From Paraspadella gotoi (lineage: Eukaryota > Animalia > Chaetognatha): a DNA stretch of 9,767 bases. The notes beneath the pieces are model-generated. The model worked only from the letters and a program-made list of their open reading frames with translations, searched no databases and was not told the DNA's origin. Every line of letters starts with the position of its first letter. The stretch's first letter is position 1. The position numbers and the translations under genes were made by a program. Positions 1 through 6,324 of the stretch are shown piece after piece. The stretch is taken from the NCBI GenBank assembly GCA_051294375.1, contig JBJCIZ010001595.1:1-9767 (forward strand). The letters are read 5' to 3'.

Positions 1-1
1 C

Positions 2-3000
2 GCCACCGACGGCCGCAAATGGCTCGTCGACGGCGGCGCCTTACTGTCTCTAATTCCTCCGACAGCAGCCCAGCGGGTGGCCGGACCAACAGGTCCAAAA
101 CTCCAAGCGGCCAACGGCACATCAATAAACGCCTACGGCACCGTCCGCCGCCGAGTCGTACTCGGCACCCGAGTATTTTCCTTCGATTTCCTCGTGGCAG
201 ATGTCACGCAAAGTATACTTGGGGCGGATTTCCTCGCGGAATTTTATTTGGCCCCCAATCACCGCGACGGAACGCTCATCGACCTCAGAGACTTGTCCAT
301 CATCTCGTGTGACGTTTCCAATATCACTCCACCGTCTCACGTCAATCTCATCGAAGAAAAGGACAACGCGTACTATAAACTACTAGATCAATATCCGACG
401 CTGGCAACTCCGACCTTCGAGATCAAGGAACCGAAGCACGGAGTTAAGCACCATATTCCAACTTTTGGCCGACCCTGCCAAGCGCGAGCACGCCGCCTAC
501 CGCCGGAGAAGCTCGCCGTCGCAAAAGCTGAACTGGAAAAATTGGTCGCGCTCGGCGTCGCCAAACGCGCTAAAAGTTCTTGGTCGTCTCCTCTACTATG
601 TGTCCCAAAAGCAGATGGTGGATGGAGATGTTGCGGAGACTTCCGTCGCCTCAACGCCAACACCAAGGATGATAAGTACCCTGTCAAGCTCCTCGCGGAT
701 TTTAACGCGGAGTTGGCAGGGAAAAAGGTGTTCTCAAAAATCGATCTACTAAAAGGGTATCACCAGATCCCTGTAGCAGAAGAGGACATTCCCAAAACGG
801 CGGTTATAACCCCCTTCGGACTCTTCGTCTTTCTCCGCACCCCCTTCGGCCTCAAAAACGCGGGGCAAGACTTTCAGCGGATGATGGACGAAATCCTGGG
901 GGATATACCGCACACTTACGTTTATCTGGACGACATTCTCGTCGCCAGTGCCGACCAGAAGGAGCACCTCCAAGACCTCAAAGCGGTTTTCGATTCCCTC
1001 GCCGACAACGGCCTCGTCATAAATAGGAAAAAATGCATCCTAGGTCAATCTTCCCTAGAATTTCTGGGATACTTAGTCGACGCAACAGGAGTGAAGCCTT
1101 TACCACAGAAGGTCGACGCCATCAGAGCGACAAACCCGCCAACGACTGTCAAAGAATTGCAGCGATTTCTGGGCATGGTGAATTATTACCGGCGTTTTAT
1201 ACCAAACGCCGCTCACCATGCCGCAGCGCTATACGACATCCTAGCGGGCAAGCCTAAACAGCTAAACTGGTCTGAGGCCTGCTCCAAATCTTTCGACGCC
1301 ATTAAGGAAGCGCTCGCCAACGCGGCGCTGCTTCGACACCCGCGTACCAACGCACAACTCGCGCTAACCACGGACGCCTCGGACATCGCCGTCGGCGCTG
1401 TTCTCGAACAGAGAACGCCGCAAGGATGGGAGCCGCTGGCGTTCTTCTCCGCCAAGCTCGACGAAGCACAGCGTCGATGGCCCCCATTCGATAGGGAGCT
1501 GTACGGCGCGTTTCGAGCCGTACGCCATTTCCGGCATTGGTTAGAGGGAAGAACATTCACCCTCTATACGGATCACCAGTCTTTGATCCATGCCTTGCAC
1601 AAGCGCTCTGAGCCGCAAACGACGCGCCACAACTTTCAACTCTCAGTAATATCGGAGTTCACGACAGACATCCGTCACATCCGTGGCAAAGCCAACGTGG
1701 TCGCCGACGCTTTGTCGCGGCCCAACCCACCTCCAGCCGCCTCCGTCGACCGCCCAATCTCACAGGAGAAGTCCCAAGATCTCCAGGCGACAATCAACGC
1801 CATCGGACAGGAGGGCGTAAACCTCGAAGAAATGGCGCGCCACCAGATCCTCGATAGGGACTTTCAGCGCCTATCCAACGACGCCAGAACGGGCCTCCAA
1901 TTTAGAAAAGTGACAGTAGGAGATCACGAGCTTTTCGTTGACGTCTCAAACGGCCCTGCCCGCCCCTTTGTCCCGGAATCATGGCGGAAGCGGATATTCG
2001 ACGCCGTCCACGGCCTTGGCCATCCCGGCGTTGCTCGCACACGCGAAACGATAGCCTCGAAATTCGTATGGCCTTCACTGAAAGCGGATATCACACGCTG
2101 GGCGCGAGAGTGTCTACAATGCCAGCGCGCCAAGGTGACGCGCCACATCACGCCAAATATTGGAGAATTCGAGGTGCCACCAAAGCGTTTCAACCATCTA
2201 AACGTGGATATCACTTTGATGCCCCAATCGAACGGATTTAGTTCACTCCTCACCGTGGTGGATAGGTTCTCCAGATGGCCGGCGGCCATTCCCATGAAAG
2301 ACATGTCGACCACATCTGTCGTCGACGCCATCACGCACGGATGGATTGCCCAATTCGGCATCCCAGCGGCGATCACTACGGACAGAGGCGCGCAGTTCTC
2401 GACCGCGATTTGGACACAGTTAACCCAAACATGGGGCATCAAGCATCTTCAGACCGCAGCGTACCATCCACAATCCAACGGATTGGTAGAGCGTTTCCAT
2501 CGGCGGTTGAAGGAAGCGCTAATAGCGTTAGGCGACGATCAACCCCAACGATGGTTCTGGCGGCTCCCCTCAGCGTTATTAGCGATACGTACGACGATTA
2601 AACCTGACATCGGCGCATCTCCCGCTGAATTAGTGTTCGGTGAAGGTCTCGCGGTGCCCGGCGATCTTCTGCCCCCTCCAATCGACGACGGACAACTCCA
2701 GGAGCATCGTCAGGCCCTGCGAGACAATCTTCGAGTCGAGGTGGAACGATTACAGCCCACAGAAACATCCACACATCGAGCTCCTCGCTTATATCTCCCG
2801 GACACACTCACTGATGCTACTCACGTCTTCGTCCAGCGCTCCGGCGTCAATCCTCCGCTAACGGCGCCTTACCAAGGACCCTATCGAGTCCTCAGCCGAG
2901 ACAATCTAAACTTCAAAATAGAAATCCCTGGCCGCGGAACTGAAACAGTAGCCATCGCCCGGATCAAGCCAGCGACACTATGGCGTGACGAAGAGGGAGA

Positions 3001-3487
3001 AGAACGAGCCTCTCAACCATCTCCCCCTCCGTCTCCACCTCCTCCAGGCCGGCGTCCGGGCCCACGCACCCGGCAACCTCCAGCGACGTCAAGGCGAACT
3101 CGATCCACTACTCATCGCCAGCGACAACTTCAGCAGCCAGATGAAGAGGACGAGGACGACGAGGACGATGACATCGAAATCCCCCAAACGCGCCTAAGCG
3201 CAGCGCCAAACAGATCGCAGCCTTCGACGTCACTCGAGACTCCCACGCCTACTTCCGTTCAACCTCGAGACGCCACCGAAGCGACGTCCCTCCCCTTCGG
3301 TGTCCCACCGGCGCCTCCAACGCCAGCCTCAGCGCCAGCACAAACGGAAGAGCCTCGTCATCGGCCACGCCCACCAGTCGAACGTTTCTCTCGCCCTCAG
3401 CCTACAGATTTCTCCTACAAAACGATAAACTCTAGCTCCAAACCAAATTACGATGCAGTAATACGCCATATATTGGACATAAAGTGA
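2..3487 (+). CDS. pol: Pol polyprotein (aspartic protease, reverse transcriptase, RNase H, integrase), 5'-partial
   Basis: The frame is open from nt 2, upstream of the track's start at 77. Motifs: protease WLVDGGALLS and ILGADFL; RT WRCCGDFRRLN, KIDLLKGYHQI, PFGLKNA, YLDD (923-934); RNase H TTDASD, DRELYG, LYTDHQSL, NVVADALSR; integrase H-x3-H...C-x2-C, VDRFSRWP, TDRGAQF, NGLVERFHR and GPY (2876-2884). Stop TGA at 3485-3487. Confidence 0.97.
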   Translation, partial: ATDGRKWLVDGGALLSLIPPTAAQRVAGPTGPKLQAANGTSINAYGTVRRRVVLGTRVFSFDFLVADVTQSILGADFLAEFYLAPNHRDGTLIDLRDLSIISCDVSNITPPSHVNLIEEKDNAYYKLLDQYPTLATPTFEIKEPKHGVKHHIPTFGRPCQARARRLPPEKLAVAKAELEKLVALGVAKRAKSSWSSPLLCVPKADGGWRCCGDFRRLNANTKDDKYPVKLLADFNAELAGKKVFSKIDLLKGYHQIPVAEEDIPKTAVITPFGLFVFLRTPFGLKNAGQDFQRMMDEILGDIPHTYVYLDDILVASADQKEHLQDLKAVFDSLADNGLVINRKKCILGQSSLEFLGYLVDATGVKPLPQKVDAIRATNPPTTVKELQRFLGMVNYYRRFIPNAAHHAAALYDILAGKPKQLNWSEACSKSFDAIKEALANAALLRHPRTNAQLALTTDASDIAVGAVLEQRTPQGWEPLAFFSAKLDEAQRRWPPFDRELYGAFRAVRHFRHWLEGRTFTLYTDHQSLIHALHKRSEPQTTRHNFQLSVISEFTTDIRHIRGKANVVADALSRPNPPPAASVDRPISQEKSQDLQATINAIGQEGVNLEEMARHQILDRDFQRLSNDARTGLQFRKVTVGDHELFVDVSNGPARPFVPESWRKRIFDAVHGLGHPGVARTRETIASKFVWPSLKADITRWARECLQCQRAKVTRHITPNIGEFEVPPKRFNHLNVDITLMPQSNGFSSLLTVVDRFSRWPAAIPMKDMSTTSVVDAITHGWIAQFGIPAAITTDRGAQFSTAIWTQLTQTWGIKHLQTAAYHPQSNGLVERFHRRLKEALIALGDDQPQRWFWRLPSALLAIRTTIKPDIGASPAELVFGEGLAVPGDLLPPPIDDGQLQEHRQALRDNLRVEVERLQPTETSTHRAPRLYLPDTLTDATHVFVQRSGVNPPLTAPYQGPYRVLSRDNLNFKIEIPGRGTETVAIARIKPATLWRDEEGEERASQPSPPPSPPPPGRRPGPRTRQPPATSRRTRSTTHRQRQLQQPDEEDEDDEDDDIEIPQTRLSAAPNRSQPSTSLETPTPTSVQPRDATEATSLPFGVPPAPPTPASAPAQTEEPRHRPRPPVERFSRPQPTDFSYKTINSSSKPNYDAVIRHILDIK

Positions 3488-3639
3488 GTTTAAAACCAAT
3501 TCATTTTTTTTTCTCTTCTCTCCCTTCGTTTTATTCCTGTACCATATGTATATATTAGATAAGTATTTATACCTACTTCAAATCACTATAGCTTACCTGA
3601 TCGAGCCCAAACGTTCCGCAAATCGTGATATTTCCGTCT

Positions 3640-3647
3640 GGGGGGGA
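3640..3647 (+). promoter_or_regulatory. Polypurine tract (plus-strand primer)
   Basis: GGGGGGGA directly before TGTGG, about 150 nt after the pol stop. This is the canonical position. Confidence 0.85.
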
Positions 3648-3712
3648 TGTGGGATTTGAACCCGATATAAATCCTCCACGAAGTAACGATGATTGCCGAC
3701 GGCCATAGCCGA
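3648..3712 (-). promoter_or_regulatory. Putative tRNA-like Pol III promoter unit B, antisense at the LTR 5' end
   Basis: Minus strand: A-box-like TGGCCGTCGG (3705-3696) and B-box GGTTCAAATCC (3662-3652) within the T-arm-like GGG-TTCAAAT-CCC. A-to-B spacing is 44 nt, as in unit A. Confidence 0.45.
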
Positions 3713-3854
3713 TCGATATTTTCACTTAGAAATCACTTCGATATGTTTTTAACTCGATTTATATTTAATTATAAAATAAATAAAAAGAGTGGCTCCTCAG
3801 TCTCGAACTCGGGACTCTGTATTCACTAGCAGCGCCTCAACCAATGTCGCCACT
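3648..3854 (+). repeat. LTR (5' edge well supported; 3' edge either ~3854 or ~4486)
   Basis: Starts TGTGG after the PPT; TATAAA at 3666 and 3770, AATAAA at 3775-3780; CCACT then C-TGGT at 3850-3859. With one LTR per unit the 3' edge cannot be fixed from a direct repeat. Confidence 0.6.
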
Positions 3855-3859
3855 CTGGT
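3782..3859 (-). ncRNA. Putative tRNA-derived Pol III small RNA unit A, antisense in the LTR
   Basis: Minus strand: A-box-like TGGCGACATTGG (3852-3841), perfect B-box GTTCGAGAC (3808-3800), T5 terminator (3786-3782), closing stem AGAGTGGC/GCCACTCT. It does not fold into a full cloverleaf. Confidence 0.55.
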
Positions 3860-4145
3860 ATTAATAAAATCTTTTCCGATAAGGTTTATATTAGATTGAA
3901 TCTACTTTTTATTATTTTGTTTATCTTTTGTTTTCCTACAACAAAAGAACAATTCGATTCAAACTAGATTCCTCAGCTGATCCACCTTACATTGTTTACT
4001 TCAATCCAGCTTTGAATCTTTTCTACAATTTAATTCTCTACTAAAAACCTTCGCGAAATACTAAGCTTATTAGTAGTCTCAACAATTCGTTCATTAATTA
4101 TTATAATTGCTCATTGATTAAATGATTGGATTTACTGTGATTTTA

Positions 4146-4197
4146 CATATAGATATTCTCATTGCTTGAAGGCAAAAGCAGTAGGAATATCTATATG
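4146..4197. other. Long hairpin (~22-bp stem, 8-nt loop) in the AT-rich leader
   Basis: CATATAGATATTC (4146-4158) pairs perfectly with GAATATCTATATG (4185-4197). The stem continues through ATTGCTT/AAGCAGT around the loop GAAGGCAA. Confidence 0.75.
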
Positions 4198-4487
4198 CTT
4201 TGATTATTTTATTAAGGTCCTTCTTTTACAAGTTAACCAAATAAGTTGGTTATAATGAACTTTTATCTTCAAGTCTAAGAACTACTCTAAAAATAAGAAT
4301 TCGATCGAAACTAATCTCGCCATATCTCAACGCCACGTGCGCCAATCTTCACGCCACTTTACTACGACCTTCTCGGAACCATCGCGGACCCCTTCCGCTC
4401 ATCAAACCGTTCCTCCAAGTCTCCAGTGGCCCGTCAACGCACATCTCAAGTGTGGCGTCAAAGTGAGTTTAATTTCGACATCTACAT

Positions 4488-4501
4488 TGGTAATCCCGAC
4501 G
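4488..4501 (+). promoter_or_regulatory. Candidate primer-binding site, tRNA-Trp-like
   Basis: TGGTAATCCCGACG matches 12/14 of the usual animal tRNA-Trp PBS TGGTGACCCCGACG (recalled, not searched). It follows an LTR-end-like TCTACA-T and lies ~50 nt before the first gag ATG. Confidence 0.45.
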
Positions 4502-4539
4502 ACGAACCAATCCAACCTCTCCCCACGCCAAATCCATCG

Positions 4540-5673
4540 ATGAGCGAATCCAGGGAGACGCGCCAAACTGCCCGTCTACGACAACAAACTGCTCTTACGG
4601 TCCCTATAGGCGCCGGCAGAGGCCGTATCTCCCGAGAAACTTCACCCAACAATACTAGCAACCCAAGAGGCGCCACTCCTCCTGTATTCCCGCCAGCGTC
4701 CCCGGGGAGGTTTTTCGCCTTCCCACCTACGTCTCCAAACATCAGAGCTTCGAACTACGCCAACGGCAACATGGCGACCGCGACTGGCGCTGACGAGACT
4801 GAGACTCTCCGCTCAGCCTTGGCGGCGGCCTTAAAGGCACTCGAGAAAAAGAAGAAGCCAGAGTTACCAGCTTTTGACTCTAAGAACATAGAGATCTGGA
4901 TTCGTAGAGTTGAAGCGGCCTATATACGCGCCAACATAAGGGAGGCAAGCGAAAAATTCGCACACTTGGAAGCAAAGATCAATGTGGATGTAAATCCACG
5001 CATTAATGCCTTTCTCTACGGAGACCCAACAGAGGACAATTGGACAGCCTTTATCTCCTACCTGCGTAAGGAGTACGGGAAAACTCCGCGCCAACAGGCA
5101 GCGATACTCCTCGACGGCTTCACCAGAGACGGCTTGAAACCGTCCCAGCACCTCGCCCGCCTCGAGGAGAAGATAAAGGCAGTAACGATAGATGATTTAA
5201 AGAAAGAGACCATCATCAGAGGACTGCCCATCGAAGTAAGGCGTTCAATCGAAGATAAGGCAGACGACTGGACGGCCGCCCAACTCGCCGAGGCGGCGGA
5301 CAAATTTTTCGACTCAGACGGCCGGCCAACGCTCGTGGCACCAACCGCGACGATCAGCGCCGCCACACCGGAAAGACCCGCCGAAACCCCGGCGACAGAC
5401 TCAGAGGAAGAGAACGACGCCGGCGTCAATGCAGTACAGGGACAGAGGCGCGACCGGAACCGCCCACAAAGCAACGCATGGCGTCAAAACGCAGCAAGCA
5501 GTTCGTCGACGAATGATCGCCCGCCCAACGCGCGACTAAAACAAGTCTGTAGATGGCATCTAAAATTCGGCGACGCCGCCTTTCGCTGCGAGCGTGGCTG
5601 CGCCCGTAAAGGAGAACGTCGCGAACGCAAAGACACAGCTTCGGGAAATGGCGGCGCGGGCCAGCGCAGGTGA
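4540..5673 (+). CDS. gag: Gag with CHCC nucleocapsid motif
   Basis: ORF open from GTG 4426; first ATG at 4540, alternative ATG at 4771 in strong context (AACATGG). Capsid-like LPAFDSKNIEIWIRRVEAAY and KPSQHL; CRWHLKFGDAAFRCERGC at 5548-5601; directly upstream of the protease. Confidence 0.9.
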   Translation: MSESRETRQTARLRQQTALTVPIGAGRGRISRETSPNNTSNPRGATPPVFPPASPGRFFAFPPTSPNIRASNYANGNMATATGADETETLRSALAAALKALEKKKKPELPAFDSKNIEIWIRRVEAAYIRANIREASEKFAHLEAKINVDVNPRINAFLYGDPTEDNWTAFISYLRKEYGKTPRQQAAILLDGFTRDGLKPSQHLARLEEKIKAVTIDDLKKETIIRGLPIEVRRSIEDKADDWTAAQLAEAADKFFDSDGRPTLVAPTATISAATPERPAETPATDSEEENDAGVNAVQGQRRDRNRPQSNAWRQNAASSSSTNDRPPNARLKQVCRWHLKFGDAAFRCERGCARKGERRERKDTASGNGGAGQRR

Positions 5674-5690
5674 ACGCTGTGCCCCGCGCC
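5643..5690 (+). promoter_or_regulatory. -1 programmed ribosomal frameshift signal, gag to pol
   Basis: Slippery heptamer G GGA AAT (5643-5649) in the gag frame, then a GC hairpin GGCGCGGG/CCCGCGCC (5653-5660/5683-5690) with inner CAGCG/CGCTG. Pol is in the -1 frame. Confidence 0.8.
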
Positions 5691-5767
5691 AACTCCGATT
5701 CACCCGATAATTTTCTGCTACACGTCGAGGACGCCACCGACGGCCGCAAATGGCTCGTCGACGGCGG
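5670..5767 (+). CDS. pol: Pol N-terminus up to the protease active site, cut at the inversion junction
   Basis: Reads VNAVPRANSDSPDNFLLHVEDATDGRKWLVDG(G). The last 36 nt equal window 1..36 in the pol frame. Confidence 0.9.
5732..5767 (+). repeat. 36-bp direct repeat of positions 1..36
   Basis: CGCCACCGACGGCCGCAAATGGCTCGTCGACGGCGG is identical at both sites. Confidence 0.98.
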
Positions 5768-5957
5768 TAGTAGAGAATTAAATGTAGAAAAGATTCAAAG
5801 CTGGATTGAAGTAAACAATGTAAGGTGGCATCAGCTGAGGAATCTAGTTTGAATCGAATTGTTCTTTTGTTGTAGGAAAACAAAAGATAAACAAAATAAT
5901 AAAAAGTAGATTCAATCTAATATAAACCTTATCGGAAAAGATTTTATTAATTACCAG

Positions 5958-6163
5958 AGTGGCGACATTGGTTGAGGCGCTGCTAGTGAATACAGAGTCC
6001 CGAGTTCGAGACTGAGGAGCCACTCTTTTTATTTATTTTATAATTAAATATAAATCGAGTTAAAAACATATCGAAGTGATTTCTAAGTGAAAATATCGAT
6101 CGGCTATGGCCGTCGGCAATCATCGTTACTTCGTGGAGGATTTATATCGGGTTCAAATCCACA
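5958..6163 (-). repeat. LTR, second copy (PPT at 6164-6171)
   Basis: Reverse complement of 3648..3854 with one G fewer. A/B boxes read on + at 5960/6004 and 6107/6151. Confidence 0.6.
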
Positions 6164-6324
6164 TCCCCCCCAGACGGAAATATCACGATTTGCGGAACGT
6201 TTGGGCTCGATCAGGTAAGCTATAGTGATTTGAAGTAGGTATAAATACTTATCTATATATACATATGGTACAGGAATAAAACGAAGGGAGAGAAGAGAAA
6301 AAAAAAAATGAATTGGTTTTAAAC

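Larger units (their letters stand above)
1..5731 (+). mobile_element. Ty3/gypsy LTR retrotransposon (CsRn1/Kabuki-like), one full unit, circularly permuted: pol-PPT-LTR-leader-gag-pol start
   Basis: Pol domain order PR-RT-RH-IN; Gag with C-x2-H-x9-C-x3-C; PPT followed by TGT; 5732..5767 is identical to 1..36, giving a 5,731-bp unit with one LTR. Confidence 0.95.

Noticed and set aside
500-1300. Bacterial RT system (retron, DGR, group II intron, CRISPR-RT)
   Set aside because: The RT is fused to protease, RNase H and DDE integrase and accompanied by gag, PPT and LTR; no repeat-spacer array is present.
1924-2442. 172-aa antisense ORF and the other short overlapping ORFs in gag and pol
   Set aside because: Shadow frames of GC-rich coding sequence with no recognisable motifs; they recur only because the region is duplicated.
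3591-3599. Minus-strand splice donor CAG/GTAAGC
   Set aside because: A single short motif with no supportable antisense exon or acceptor.
3782-3859. Functional tRNA gene
   Set aside because: Acceptor, D and T stems do not pair; only the promoter boxes and spacing are tRNA-like.
5670-5852. 60-aa ORF as an independent gene
   Set aside because: It is a chimera of the Pol N-terminus and inverted leader sequence across the 5767/5768 junction.
5820-6030. Hammerhead ribozyme (CTGAGGA at ~5835 and ~6012)
   Set aside because: No stem II followed by GAAA and no matching cleavage-site arm.
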